Shown: positions 27,928 through 38,505, numbered from the stretch's first letter. The stretch: DNA of 43,803 bases from a virus (IMGVR_UViG_3300048598_000512:1-43803), one strand, 5' to 3'. The notes: generated by a model from the sequence alone, not told the origin. Program-made: numbers and translations.

Positions 27928-28359
27928 ATGCCGGTCAACGGATTCACTGTCGGCAGGGACGTCACCCTGACCATCATCACTTCCAGCGGTCCGCTCAACC
28001 TGAGCCTGATCACCAGCTTCAAGTCCAAGCAGGACACCTCGGAGCAGAAAGTCAAAGGCCTGGACGGCATCACCCGGCACGCCAGGTTCTACGACGGCTG
28101 GTCGGGCAGCTTCAGCCTCGACCGCATGGACTCCAACGTCGACGACTACTTCGCCCAGCTCGAAGAGAACTACTTCATGGGCATCAACGAGCTGCCCTGC
28201 ACCATCACCGAGACCATCCAGGAAGCGGACGGCTCCGTGAGCCAGTACCGCTACACCAACGTGCTGCTGAAGCTCGACGATGCTGGCGACTACTCCGGCG
28301 ACAAGACCGTCAAGCAGTCGATCAGCTTCGTGGCCTCGCGCCGCCAGCAGACCGCCTAG
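27928..28359 (+). CDS. Tail tube protein
   Basis: 143 aa beta-rich protein directly after the sheath gene; GGAGG SD. Confidence 0.8.
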   Translation: MPVNGFTVGRDVTLTIITSSGPLNLSLITSFKSKQDTSEQKVKGLDGITRHARFYDGWSGSFSLDRMDSNVDDYFAQLEENYFMGINELPCTITETIQEADGSVSQYRYTNVLLKLDDAGDYSGDKTVKQSISFVASRRQQTA

Positions 28360-28369
28360 AGGAACCATC

Positions 28370-28744
28370 ATGGCAAAAATGACCGTGAATAAGACCCCGA
28401 CCCCGAGCGAACAGATAGTGAAGGCCGCCAGCGCCGACGTGCTGGTCACCGACAAGCGCGGACGCTCTTTCAAGCTCAAGAAGCCCGGCGTGCTGGCCCA
28501 GTTCCGCCTTGTCGAGGCCCTGGGCGACGTGGCCAAGAACGAAGTCTACATGGGCATGGTGCTGCCCTTGATCTTCATCGTGGCCATCGACGACGACCCC
28601 GTGGTGCAGCCCACCAGCAAGCTCCAGGTGGAGGCTCTGATCCAGCGCCTGGACGAAGACGGCATTGAGGCCGTCATGAACGGCGTGCAGGAGCACTTCG
28701 GGCAGGTCGACCCCGCGGCCTCTAAAAAAAAATCCGAGGGATAG
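28370..28744 (+). CDS. Tail assembly chaperone (G)
   Basis: After the tube gene; ends in an A9 slippery run. Confidence 0.8.
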   Translation: MAKMTVNKTPTPSEQIVKAASADVLVTDKRGRSFKLKKPGVLAQFRLVEALGDVAKNEVYMGMVLPLIFIVAIDDDPVVQPTSKLQVEALIQRLDEDGIEAVMNGVQEHFGQVDPAASKKKSEG

Positions 28745-28920
28745 CCACCTCCGAGCCCATCCGTGAGGCCCTGCTCCTGGTGCAGCATGGCATTCCCTTT
28801 GATCTGGCGTTCCAGCTCGATGACGAAACCCGCGCGGGCTTCTGCATCGCCTTCTGCGAGATGGAGGGGGCGCGTTTCAACTGGAACAGCATGCAGTTCG
28901 AGGAGAGGGCCGAGGGATGA
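28370..28920 (+). CDS. Tail assembly chaperone GT via -1 frameshift at 28724-28732
   Basis: -1 frame is open (IRGIATSEPIREALLLVQHGIPFDLAF...FEERAEG) to TGA 28918-28920, which overlaps the next ATG. Confidence 0.75.
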
Positions 28921-29414
28921 TGGAATTCGACAGCATGGCGGACCTCGCCCACCACCTCATGCAAGAGACCGTGGGCGGCCTGACTCAGGTGAAGAAGGGG
29001 CTTGAAGCCGCGGCCGTCTTGCTTGAGGAGACTGCCAAGGAAGAGATCGGCCACTACCAAGAGGCCATCGGCCCCTTCGACTCCTGGGCCCCCCTGGCCG
29101 AGAGCACCGAGGCCCGCAAGGCCGCCAAGGGCTACCCACCGGACTCCCCGCTCCTGGCCACGGGCGCGATGCGCGACAGCATCACCCATGAGACCGAGAG
29201 CTGGGAGGCCACGGTCGGTTCGACCGACCCGAAGATGGTCTACCACGAGTTCGGGACCGCCAGAATCCCCCCGCGGCCCGTGCTGGGGACGGCGCTCTAC
29301 AAGAAGCTGGCCAAGGTGCAGAAGCTCATCGGCAATGCGGCCGTTTCCGGCTTCGTCGGCGGCGACCCCATTCACCCGAGCCTGGGCTACGACGTCGAGG
29401 GCCAACCGGAATAA
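28917..29414 (+). CDS. HK97 gp10-like / virion morphogenesis protein
   Basis: LLATGAMRDSI, VGS, YHEFGTARIPPRPVLG. Confidence 0.75.
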   Translation: MMEFDSMADLAHHLMQETVGGLTQVKKGLEAAAVLLEETAKEEIGHYQEAIGPFDSWAPLAESTEARKAAKGYPPDSPLLATGAMRDSITHETESWEATVGSTDPKMVYHEFGTARIPPRPVLGTALYKKLAKVQKLIGNAAVSGFVGGDPIHPSLGYDVEGQPE

Positions 29415-29438
29415 AGCCTCCAGGCGAGGAGAACGCCC

Positions 29439-31313
29439 ATGTCCTTTGCATATTCTGTCGCGATCAAGCTCAGCGTCGCGAATCTCGCCAGCCAGGGCGT
29501 GAAGCTCCTCGCCACGGACCTCCTGACCGCTCATGGCGCCGCGACCAAGCTCGAAGACAAGCTCAAGGCCCTCAAGATGATGGCCGTCGGCTATGGTATG
29601 TCCAAGGTCGGCAGCGGCATCCTCGGGTTCCTTGAAAAGTCCGTTGACGCCAGCAAGGAGTACACCCGGCAGCTGTCCCTGATGAACGCGGCCGGCATGA
29701 CCCAAAAGGACATCGCCGAGGCCACGGCCGCAGCCTGGAAGACGTCGAAGGAAGTCATCACCAGCAGCGCGGCCGACAACCTGACCTCCCTGCGTGAGCT
29801 GCGCACCGTCTTCGGCAAAGACCACATGCACGAGGCCTACTCGATCCTGCCGACGGTGATGCGCACCAAGGCCATCCTGGAAGCCCTGACGGGCAAGGAA
29901 CAGCACGGCGTGGCCTTCGACATGGTGAAGGCCATCGAATTGCGCACGTCCGGCATCATGACCCCCGAGCGCATGCAGTCCAACGCCGACCTGATGGCCC
30001 GCACCCTGATGGCCATGGGCGGCACGCTCGACGTCCGCGATTTCCATTCGACCCTAAAGCAGGCCAAGATGTCGGCTTTCGGGCTGTCCGATGACTTCGT
30101 CTACAAGTACCTGCCCACCTTCATGCAGGAGGTGAAGACGAGCGGCGGCGGGTCCGGCGGCGGCGCCATGACCGCGGGCACGGCCCTGATGACCACCTAC
30201 CGGGCGCTGGTGCAGGGCGTCATCAAGAAGTCCGCCATCCCGGTGTGGGAAGAGCTTGGCCTTATCAACCCCAAGGACGTGGTGCGCAACTCCACCGGGG
30301 CCATGCAGCTCAAGCCCGGCGCGGTCAAGGACGTCCAGCTTTTCCAGTCCAACCCCTACGAATGGGCGAACACCGTGCTTGCCCCTGCTGTCGCCAAGTA
30401 TGGCGCCAAGCACAACCTGAACCGCGAGCAGGTCCTGGCGGCCATGTTCGGCGACAGGAACTCGCAATTCTTCCTCAACACCTTGATCGGAAAGGCCGCG
30501 CAGTTCGAGCGCGACAAGAGCCTGATTGAGACCGGCGGGGGCAGCAAGGAGACCTACGAAAAGCTGCTCAAGACGAATCCCCAGCTCGCGCACCAGGCGC
30601 TGCAGGCCCAGTGGCAAAATATTCAGGCCCGCATCGGGTTCGAGGTGCTTCCGCGCCTCATCCCCTACATGATCAAGTTCGCCGACACCTTGGACAGCGT
30701 CTCGCAGTGGATGCAGAACCATGGGACCGCGACCACGGCCCTGGTCTTTGGGCTCGGCGGCCTCGGTCTTGCCCTGTCCGTGCTGGGCAAGGTGCTCATG
30801 GCGGCTGGCCTGATCAAGTTCTTGGGCATGGGGCCGATGATCGGCACGGCACTCCGGGTCGTCGGCACCGGGATCATGTTCGTCGGCCGGGCGCTCCTGA
30901 TGAACCCGATCGGCCTCGTGATCACAGCCATCGCGGCCGCGGCCTATCTGCTCTGGAAGAACTGGGACTACGTCGGCCCGAAGCTGCAGGCGGCCTGGGA
31001 CACCATCAAATCGGCCGTCGGGGCCCTGTCGGACTGGCTGCGCTCGAAGTGGGAGTGGATCAAGTCCTTCCTGCCGAGCAGCTGGTTCAGCGGGTCGGAG
31101 AAGTCTGGCACGGCGCGCACTGGCGGCAGCCCGTACATCTCCACCAAGGCCTCTCACCCCATTCAGGTCTCGACCAAGATCAGCCTGGACGGGCGCAGGG
31201 TGGCCGAGGCGGTAACGAATCATCAAGTTAAGGCGGCTCACAAGCCCTACGGCGGTTCTGCCTATGACACGACCATGGGGCTCCCGACCGTCGGGCTTGC
31301 CTATGCCGACTAG
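29439..31313 (+). CDS. Tape measure protein
   Basis: 624 aa helical; hydrophobic segment, NPIGLVITAIAAAAYLLWKNWD, ISLDGRRVAEAV. Confidence 0.88.
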   Translation: MSFAYSVAIKLSVANLASQGVKLLATDLLTAHGAATKLEDKLKALKMMAVGYGMSKVGSGILGFLEKSVDASKEYTRQLSLMNAAGMTQKDIAEATAAAWKTSKEVITSSAADNLTSLRELRTVFGKDHMHEAYSILPTVMRTKAILEALTGKEQHGVAFDMVKAIELRTSGIMTPERMQSNADLMARTLMAMGGTLDVRDFHSTLKQAKMSAFGLSDDFVYKYLPTFMQEVKTSGGGSGGGAMTAGTALMTTYRALVQGVIKKSAIPVWEELGLINPKDVVRNSTGAMQLKPGAVKDVQLFQSNPYEWANTVLAPAVAKYGAKHNLNREQVLAAMFGDRNSQFFLNTLIGKAAQFERDKSLIETGGGSKETYEKLLKTNPQLAHQALQAQWQNIQARIGFEVLPRLIPYMIKFADTLDSVSQWMQNHGTATTALVFGLGGLGLALSVLGKVLMAAGLIKFLGMGPMIGTALRVVGTGIMFVGRALLMNPIGLVITAIAAAAYLLWKNWDYVGPKLQAAWDTIKSAVGALSDWLRSKWEWIKSFLPSSWFSGSEKSGTARTGGSPYISTKASHPIQVSTKISLDGRRVAEAVTNHQVKAAHKPYGGSAYDTTMGLPTVGLAYAD

Positions 31314-31325
31314 GAGCGTGTGGCC

Positions 31326-32297
31326 ATGAAGCGAGACACCATCCTCTCGATCGGTCAATTCGAGTTCGGCCGCTTCGAGTTCTCGGGCATGGAGATCCCG
31401 GCGAGCATCCCGTTCGGGGGCTCTCAGCACATGGCCAAGCACGAAATGATCGGCGGAACGCGCGTCATCGACTGCCTGGGCCGCTCTGAGAAGCCCTTGG
31501 AGTGGTCCGGCCTCTTCCAGGGGCCCACGGCGGTGCAGCGCGCCCGTTACCTGGACGCCCTGCGGGTGGCTGGCAACGACTTGCTGCTCACCTGGGGCGA
31601 GTTCCGCTACACGGTCGTCATCAAGGAATTCTCGGCCACCTATGAGCGGTTCTACCAGGTTCCGTACCACATCTCTTGTGAGGTCGTGGAAGACCTGGTG
31701 CAGCCGTTGCGGCGGATCGCGATGCCGCCCATTGATCAGGCCATCGCGGACGACCTCGCCGCAGCCCAGGCCAGCGGCGACACCATCGCAGACGGCACGC
31801 TCTCGGGGCTGCTGAACACGCTCGACTCGGCCATTAAGAACGTGAGCACGTTCGCCAGGGCCGCGCAGAGCACGATTCAGAGCGTCTTGCAGCCGATCGC
31901 CGCAGTGCAGGCCCGGGTGAAGATCCTGATCGCCTCCACGACGAATGCCATGGGCAACGTGACGACCTTCGGCGGGGTGTTCCCCGGGAACAAGGTATCG
32001 GTCGCAGCGGCCAAGCTGAGCAGTCAGATCACAGGGACGGCCAAGCTCGGCGCGCTGCAGAACCTTCTCGCCGTGACCGGGCGCATGAACGGGAACATCG
32101 GGGCCATCAACACCCCCGGCAACACGCAGACCGTGGCCGGCGGGAATATGTTCAGCATCGCCCAGAAGCAATACGGCGACCAGAACGCCTGGACCGGCAT
32201 CGCCAAGGCCAACGACACGACGGACCCGTTCATTCAGGGTACCAAGACGCTCACCATCCCGCCCCAGCCTGACACGACTGGCGGCGTTCCGAAGTAG
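31326..32297 (+). CDS. Tail tube initiator (gpU-like) with C-terminal LysM domain
   Basis: After tape measure; TVAGGNMFSIAQKQYGDQNAWTGIAKAN...LTIP is LysM-like; alternative GTG start at 31320. Confidence 0.7.
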   Translation: MKRDTILSIGQFEFGRFEFSGMEIPASIPFGGSQHMAKHEMIGGTRVIDCLGRSEKPLEWSGLFQGPTAVQRARYLDALRVAGNDLLLTWGEFRYTVVIKEFSATYERFYQVPYHISCEVVEDLVQPLRRIAMPPIDQAIADDLAAAQASGDTIADGTLSGLLNTLDSAIKNVSTFARAAQSTIQSVLQPIAAVQARVKILIASTTNAMGNVTTFGGVFPGNKVSVAAAKLSSQITGTAKLGALQNLLAVTGRMNGNIGAINTPGNTQTVAGGNMFSIAQKQYGDQNAWTGIAKANDTTDPFIQGTKTLTIPPQPDTTGGVPK

Positions 32298-32305
32298 GGG
32301 CCCCC

Positions 32306-33436
32306 ATGCTGAACCACGTCCCGGCACTTTCGGCCGTTCGGCTCCCGCGGGGCATGGTCAAGCTCAACGGCCAGCCCATCACCGGGTGGGTGGAGTGGGA
32401 GGTCGACAACAACGCCCACTACCAGGCCGACACCTGGCGCGTGACCTTTGCCGCGGCGGCGTTGCCCATCGCCAAGAACGCGGCATGGCTCACCGCCCAG
32501 GCCGACCTGACGGTGGAACTGCTGGCCGGGTTTCCGGCCGACCCAAGGGCCTATGACGCCAGTGAGCTGACGAGCTTCATCATCGGCCGCGCTGACGACA
32601 TGACCTTCGACCCGGCCAAGAACGTGATCGAGCTCTCCGGGCGCGACTACACGAGCCAGTTCATCGACGCGAAGACCACGGAGAAGTTCGCCAACAAGAC
32701 GGCTTCCCAGATCGCGCAGATACTGGCCGCCCGGCACAACATGACCTGCAACACGGTTCCGACCAAGGCCCTGGCGGGCACGTACTACCAGATTGACCAC
32801 GCCACGATGGCCGACGAGCGGACCGAATGGGATCTGCTCGTCTGGCTGGCGCGGATGTGCCAGTACAGCGTTTTTGTCACGGGGACCGTGCTCAACTTCG
32901 TGCCCCAGCTCGACCCCGAAAAGGGCGACAAGTACATCATCAAGTGGCAGGCCCCGACGCCGGAATGCGCGTCGCCCACGGCCAACGTGGAGCGCATCCG
33001 CTTCTCGCGGAACCTGACCATCGCAAAAGACGTGATCGTTATCGTGAAAAGCTGGAACGCTAAGCAGAAGAAGGCTTTCTCGGTCACGGCCAGGGCGACG
33101 AAGAGCAAGAACAAGGTGACGCGTAATTCCAAGGTGCCCTATGGCCAGCCGCAGACCTACAGCTACACGATTCCCGGTCTGACTCATCAGGCGGCCCTGG
33201 AGAAGGCCCAGGCCATCTTGGCCGACATCAGCAAGCACGAAATGCGCATGGACTCAACGCTCCCTGGCGATGGCATCCTGAGCACGCAGACGCTGGTACA
33301 GGTGGTCGGGACCGAGACAGCGTTCGACCAGGTGTACTACCCCGAGAGCGTGATCCGGTCCCTGTCCCTGCACGAGGGCTACAAGATGGAGCTGCGCGCC
33401 AAGAACCACAGCCCGGAAACGACGGTGACAATATGA
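32306..33436 (+). CDS. Baseplate hub protein (P2 gpD / Mu gp44-like)
   Basis: ADTW, LSGRD, EWDLL..LA, VIVKSWN; position. Confidence 0.78.
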   Translation: MLNHVPALSAVRLPRGMVKLNGQPITGWVEWEVDNNAHYQADTWRVTFAAAALPIAKNAAWLTAQADLTVELLAGFPADPRAYDASELTSFIIGRADDMTFDPAKNVIELSGRDYTSQFIDAKTTEKFANKTASQIAQILAARHNMTCNTVPTKALAGTYYQIDHATMADERTEWDLLVWLARMCQYSVFVTGTVLNFVPQLDPEKGDKYIIKWQAPTPECASPTANVERIRFSRNLTIAKDVIVIVKSWNAKQKKAFSVTARATKSKNKVTRNSKVPYGQPQTYSYTIPGLTHQAALEKAQAILADISKHEMRMDSTLPGDGILSTQTLVQVVGTETAFDQVYYPESVIRSLSLHEGYKMELRAKNHSPETTVTI

Positions 33437-34056
33437 GAGGCGCGGCCAGGCTTCAGAACGCCATGCGCATGCAGGCCATGGCGCACGGGAACACCCGCGC
33501 GGACTCTCGCATGGGCCTCGTGACCGGCTACGACCCGAACGCCTACGCCGTGAAGGTGCAGATCATGCCCGAGGGCGCGGAGACCGGATGGCTTCCGCTT
33601 GCCTGCCCCTGGATCGGCAATGGCTGGGGGCTCTTTTGCCCGCCTTCCATCGGGGACATGATCGAGGTCGAGTTCCAGGAGGGCAGCCCCCAGGCCGGGC
33701 ACGCCGACATGCGCTTTTACAATGACTCGGACCGGCCGTTGCCGTGTCCCTCTGGCGAATTCTGGCTGGTGCACAAGTCGGGCAGCCTGCTCAAGTTCCA
33801 CAACGACGGAACGGTGGAGCTCCACGCCGCCACGGCGCTGAACAGCAGCGCGCCGCTCTGGACGCACACCGGGGACATGATGATCCACGGGCACGTGACG
33901 GGTGACGGCGGCCTGGCCATCTCTGGCGGCTCCGGGGCGTCGGTGCAGGTTTCCGGCTCCATCACCGCCACGGGCGACATCGTGGGCGGCGGGATCAGCC
34001 TGGACCACCACACCCACACCGACCCGCAGGGCGGCAACACCGGAGGCCCGGCCTGA
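33433..34056 (+). CDS. Baseplate spike (gpV-like)
   Basis: TGWLP, PPSIGD.V.F OB fold; C-terminal ISLDHHTH metal-binding tip. Confidence 0.9.
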   Translation: MRGAARLQNAMRMQAMAHGNTRADSRMGLVTGYDPNAYAVKVQIMPEGAETGWLPLACPWIGNGWGLFCPPSIGDMIEVEFQEGSPQAGHADMRFYNDSDRPLPCPSGEFWLVHKSGSLLKFHNDGTVELHAATALNSSAPLWTHTGDMMIHGHVTGDGGLAISGGSGASVQVSGSITATGDIVGGGISLDHHTHTDPQGGNTGGPA

Positions 34057-34430
34057 TGAACGACCTCTACCACTACTGGGGCAGCGACCTACAGCGGGGG
34101 AACACCGGAGACCTGATGCCGGTGAGCAGCACCGAGCGCGGCCAGCAGCGCATCATCCGCAGGCTGCTGACCAACCCGGGCGACTACATCTTCCAGCCGG
34201 ACTACGGCGCAGGGCTCCCGGCCTACATCGGCCAGACCGTGGACATGGGCAAGATCCTCTCGCTCATCCGGTCGCAGATCAGCCTTGAAGACTGCGTGGC
34301 CCAGACCCCGGCGCCGGAGATCACCATCAAGCAGCTGCCCACGGAGTTGAGCGGCTTCACCGTGACGATCGCATACAACGACGCGGTGACGAACACCCCG
34401 CAGATCCTGTCCTTCAACGTCACGAGGTAG
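34056..34430 (+). CDS. Baseplate wedge protein (gp25/W/gp46-like)
   Basis: RRLLTNPGDYIFQPDYGAGL motif. Confidence 0.82.
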   Translation: MNDLYHYWGSDLQRGNTGDLMPVSSTERGQQRIIRRLLTNPGDYIFQPDYGAGLPAYIGQTVDMGKILSLIRSQISLEDCVAQTPAPEITIKQLPTELSGFTVTIAYNDAVTNTPQILSFNVTR

Positions 34431-34437
34431 GCCGCGC

Positions 34438-35562
34438 ATGAGCATTCAGACTCAGACCTTCACGCAGATCGTCCAAAACGCCGTCACTGCCATCCAGGGC
34501 GGCGCGGCGCAGCTGGTCGACCTGACGGTCGGCTCCATCCTGCGCGCGTTCGTGGAGGCCACGGCGGCCATCGTGCTGTGGCTCCAGGGCATCGCCTTGC
34601 AGATTGCGGCCCTGACGCGCTTCGCCTCCAGCTCGGGAGCGGACGCGGACAGTTGGGCGGCCGACTACGGCTTCGCGCGGCTCCCGGCCCAGGCTGCAAC
34701 GGGTGCCGTGACCTTCTCGCGCTTCACGCCCACTCTGCAGGCCGTGATCCCGGTGGGAACGCTGGTGCAGACCGCGGACGGCTCCCAGCAGTACCAGGTG
34801 GTGGCCGACACCACCCAGCCGTCTTATAGCGCGGCCCTGCTGGCCTACGTCATCGCTGCGGACACGGCGGACTGCACCGCGACGGTGGTGGCCCTGAGCG
34901 CGGCCGCAGCGTCGAACGCCAGCGCGGGTATGGTCAACACCCTGAGCGGCGCGATCCCCTACGTGGACACCGTGACCAACGCCCTGGGCTTCACCAACGG
35001 CGCGGATGCCGAGTCGGACGCCGACTTTCGGACTCGCTTCGTGGCCTGGGTGGCCAGCTTGTCCAAGGCGACCAGGGGGGCCATCGGCAACGCGCTCCTG
35101 AGCTTGCAGCAGGGCGTCAGCTACTCGATCACGGAGAACTACCTCTACAACGGCACGCCCAGTCAGGGGCACTTCTACGTGGTCGTCGACGATGGCACCG
35201 GCACGCCGGGCAGCACGTTCTTGTCCTCGGCCTCGAATGCTGTTGACGCCGTGCGGCCGGTCGGGTCGACCTTTGACGTGCACGCCCCGGTGGTGGTCCC
35301 GGCCAACGTGGCCATGGTGCTCAGCACGGCCGGCGGATACGACCACGCAGACGTGGTGGCCCTGGTTGTGGCCGCCCTGACCGCCTACATCAACTCGCTC
35401 ACCATCGGGACCACCCTGGCTTACAGCAGGCTGGCCCAGGTGGCCCACGACGCCTCACCCGGTGTGCTCAGCATCACCGGCGTCACCCTCAACAGCGGAA
35501 CAGCTGACCTCGCGGCGACCTCGCAGCAGGTCATCAAGGTCGGCACGCTCAACGTCACCTAG
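34438..35562 (+). CDS. Baseplate J-like protein
   Basis: GSILRA, R.PA.AATG.VTF, GADAESDADFR.R, VRPVG. Confidence 0.92.
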   Translation: MSIQTQTFTQIVQNAVTAIQGGAAQLVDLTVGSILRAFVEATAAIVLWLQGIALQIAALTRFASSSGADADSWAADYGFARLPAQAATGAVTFSRFTPTLQAVIPVGTLVQTADGSQQYQVVADTTQPSYSAALLAYVIAADTADCTATVVALSAAAASNASAGMVNTLSGAIPYVDTVTNALGFTNGADAESDADFRTRFVAWVASLSKATRGAIGNALLSLQQGVSYSITENYLYNGTPSQGHFYVVVDDGTGTPGSTFLSSASNAVDAVRPVGSTFDVHAPVVVPANVAMVLSTAGGYDHADVVALVVAALTAYINSLTIGTTLAYSRLAQVAHDASPGVLSITGVTLNSGTADLAATSQQVIKVGTLNVT

Positions 35563-35574
35563 GGGGTGAGGACC

Positions 35575-36249
35575 ATGGCGATCGGAGACCAGGAAGACAT
35601 TGTTTCTCGGCTGCAGCAGCTGAACCCGGTCGGCTGGTTTGAGGCAGGCTACGCCACCATTCGGGACGCCCTGATGGCCGGGGTGGCGAATGGCCTTTCG
35701 TTCATCTATTCGCTGCTGGCCTATGTGCGCCTGCAGACCAGGATCAGCACGGCCACGGACGGCTTCCTGGATATGATCGCCGGGGACTTCCTCGGTGACG
35801 GGCTGCCCAGGGCGACGAACCAGACGGACGCCAGCTACCGTGCACGCATCATCGCCGCGATCTTCCGAGAGCGGGGCACGCGCAAGGCCATCATCGCGGT
35901 GCTGACGCAGCTCACGGGCCGAGCGCCGGTTGTTTTCGAGCCGCAACGCCCCATGGACACCGGGGCTTACGGCATCGCCTACGGCTACGGCTCTGCTGGC
36001 GGATACGGTTCGCTGCTGTTGCCCTTCCAGGCCTTCGTGACGGCCTTCCGGCCATCAGGAGGCGGCGTGGCAAACGTGGCGCCCTACGGCGTGCCTGGGG
36101 GCAGCGTGGGCGGCGGGTATGGCGTCGGAAGCATGGAGCAGGTCCCCTTGGCCAGCATGCAGGGCCAGGTGACGGACGCAGACATTTTCAACGCGATCGA
36201 GAGCTTGCGCCCGGCCGGGTACACGGTCTGGGCCAGAATCAGCAGCTAG
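35575..36249 (+). CDS. Baseplate wedge protein (gpI-like)
   Basis: TATDGFLD, TDASYRARI, RGTRKAI, RPAG; follows J. Confidence 0.78.
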   Translation: MAIGDQEDIVSRLQQLNPVGWFEAGYATIRDALMAGVANGLSFIYSLLAYVRLQTRISTATDGFLDMIAGDFLGDGLPRATNQTDASYRARIIAAIFRERGTRKAIIAVLTQLTGRAPVVFEPQRPMDTGAYGIAYGYGSAGGYGSLLLPFQAFVTAFRPSGGGVANVAPYGVPGGSVGGGYGVGSMEQVPLASMQGQVTDADIFNAIESLRPAGYTVWARISS

Positions 36250-36287
36250 TCCACTCGGCATAGGCCAACGCGCGCAGGCGCCCAAAC

Positions 36288-36310
36288 AGACCCCGCCCCG
36301 GCGGGGTTTT
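36288..36310 (+). terminator. Intrinsic terminator-like hairpin before the tail fibre gene
   Basis: ACCCCGC-CCCG-GCGGGGT-TTT. Confidence 0.6.
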
Positions 36311-36328
36311 CCATTCCAGGAGGCAACC

Positions 36329-37747
36329 TTGGATCGTCAAACTGTCTACCCCGGCCAGATCCCGCTTGAGACGGACCTGCTGAACACCAACAAGAACATG
36401 CTGATCGCGCTGGGCTTCCTGGCCCAGGACATCCTTGGGGTCAACACGCTCGTCAGCGGCCTCGCGTGCACTCCGAACAGCCCCGCGGCCCTGAACGTGT
36501 TGGTGGCCCCCGGGCGCATCTACGCGCTCGAGAACATGGATGCCACGGCCTATTCTTCCCTGGCCGCTGACCTCGTGCACAGCCTGGTCAAGCAGGGCAT
36601 CAGTCTGGACACGACCACGCTGGCCTGTGCTGCCCCTGGGACCGTCGGCTACTCGGTCAGCTACCTGATCCAGGCCGCCTTCTCTGAAGTGGACGCGAAC
36701 CCCGTGGCGCTGCCGTACTACAACGCCAGCAACCCGGCCCAGCCCTACAGCGGGCCGAACAACAGCGGGACTGCGCAGAACACCACGCGCAAGGGCACCA
36801 TCGTCCTGACCGCCAAGGCGGGCGTTGCTGCTGCCACCGGCACGCAGACGACCCCCGCGGCCGACGCGGGCAACGTGGGCCTGTGGGTTGTGACCGTCGC
36901 CTATGGCCAGACGCAGATCATTGCGGGCAACATCGCACAGGCTTCTGGCGCACCGTTCATCGCCAACACGTTGACCCTGTTGGCCCCGCTGGTCTCTCCG
37001 GCCTTCACTGGCTACCCGACTGCGCCGACTCCCGCCACGTCGGACGTCAGCACGAAGCTGGCCACCACCGAATTCGTCGCTGGCCATGTTCCGGCCCAGG
37101 CCACTACGGCCGCCAAAGGCATCGTGGAGCTGGCCACCAACGCCGAGGCCGTCACGGGCACGGATACCGAGCGCGCCGTCACTCCGGCCGGGCTGGCGGC
37201 GGCTCTTTCTGCCGGAGGCTCCTCCGTCGACGAGCTGTACATCGACGCCGGGGCCATGACGCCGGCGATCACCGCCGGGGCGGCCCTGGCCGTGGTGGAG
37301 GATGGCACAAACGACCTGACGCGCAACGTCATGTCGTTCCAGGGCTCCACGGCCGACACCAGCGCCGCCATGAACTTCCGCCTGCCCAGCAACTGGGACC
37401 GGGGCACGGTCAAGGCCAAGGTGCTTTGGACCCCTGCGGCCGGAGCCAGCGCAGGGGACAATGTGCGCTTCGGCCTGGCCGGTGTGGCCGTGTCCGACGA
37501 TGACGCGCTCGACGTCGCCCTGGGTACTGCCGTCACCATCGACGACACGGTGATCGCTGTTGGCGACCTGCATGTGAGCGCGGCCAGCGCCGCCCTGACC
37601 ATCGGCGGCACGCCCCAGGTGGGAGACTATATCCGCCTGGTGCTGACTCGGGATTACGATTACGGCGCAAGCCCCATGTCCGAGGCGGCCCAGGTCCTGG
37701 GCATCGTGCTCCAGTACGGCATCACCGGCAGTATCGCGGCCTGGTAG
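36329..37747 (+). CDS. Tail fibre protein
   Basis: TTG start with AGGAGG; fibre motifs SPAFTGYPTAPT..LATTEFV and ATTAAKGIVELAT..RAVTP. Confidence 0.88.
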   Translation: MDRQTVYPGQIPLETDLLNTNKNMLIALGFLAQDILGVNTLVSGLACTPNSPAALNVLVAPGRIYALENMDATAYSSLAADLVHSLVKQGISLDTTTLACAAPGTVGYSVSYLIQAAFSEVDANPVALPYYNASNPAQPYSGPNNSGTAQNTTRKGTIVLTAKAGVAAATGTQTTPAADAGNVGLWVVTVAYGQTQIIAGNIAQASGAPFIANTLTLLAPLVSPAFTGYPTAPTPATSDVSTKLATTEFVAGHVPAQATTAAKGIVELATNAEAVTGTDTERAVTPAGLAAALSAGGSSVDELYIDAGAMTPAITAGAALAVVEDGTNDLTRNVMSFQGSTADTSAAMNFRLPSNWDRGTVKAKVLWTPAAGASAGDNVRFGLAGVAVSDDDALDVALGTAVTIDDTVIAVGDLHVSAASAALTIGGTPQVGDYIRLVLTRDYDYGASPMSEAAQVLGIVLQYGITGSIAAW

Positions 37748-37758
37748 GAGGCACCACC

Positions 37759-38496
37759 ATGAGTATGATCGCAATGGGTTCCGGCGCTGCGGCGCGCGGC
37801 GTCCCCGTCATCCTGCCCACGTCGCAGGCCAATGCCGACGCGTACACCTATGTGGTCAATATGGCCGGTGCATCGGCCGGGGCGTCCGAGACCGGCGCGG
37901 GCGGCGGGCTGACTGGCGCTGATCTCGTGCTGCCGGCCTTCGGCGGCCCCGCCGCGGTGTCGAGCAGCTACAGGCAAATCAACGGAGGCCAGGGCTTCAG
38001 CTGCACGGCCGCACTGCTCGCGGCGTTGCTTGCGGGCAAGGAGTGGACCGTGTCCATGCTGCTCAAGGACATCACGTACAGCGGGTCTGGCGGGAACTAT
38101 TTGAACTTTCTGTACGGCGCGAGCATCCTTGATTTTTTTATCGACTCCAGCGGACATTTCGCGCCGCAAACGGGCGGCTATCTGGCCGGTGGCACCGTCA
38201 ACCTCGCAGCGCTGGCGACCGTGACGCCTGCGGCCACGATGTTGTGGGCGTCGCTTTGGCGCAAGGGCAACAACGTCCATTTCGGGTTCAGCGCCAATGG
38301 CTCGACCACCGAAAGCCCGACGGGATGGGACGACTTCCCGACGCTTCAGAGGACTATCGCGATCAACGCTGGCAACTACGCAACCGAAGCGTGGGCCACG
38401 ACGCGCAATATCATAGGCAACAATACGTCGAATGCGACGTTCAAGGTCGCAACCCTGATCGTGAGCAAGAAGGGCCTACAAGCCCCGCCGTTTTAG
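37759..38496 (+). CDS. Putative tail fibre-associated / receptor-binding protein
   Basis: 245 aa beta-rich, AGGAGG SD, follows the fibre gene. Confidence 0.55.
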   Translation: MSMIAMGSGAAARGVPVILPTSQANADAYTYVVNMAGASAGASETGAGGGLTGADLVLPAFGGPAAVSSSYRQINGGQGFSCTAALLAALLAGKEWTVSMLLKDITYSGSGGNYLNFLYGASILDFFIDSSGHFAPQTGGYLAGGTVNLAALATVTPAATMLWASLWRKGNNVHFGFSANGSTTESPTGWDDFPTLQRTIAINAGNYATEAWATTRNIIGNNTSNATFKVATLIVSKKGLQAPPF

Positions 38497-38505
38497 GAGA
38501 TCGCC

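Noticed and set aside
26329-36249. Tailocin, T6SS or eCIS
   Set aside because: Capsid, portal, terminase and replication genes are present, so this is a phage tail.
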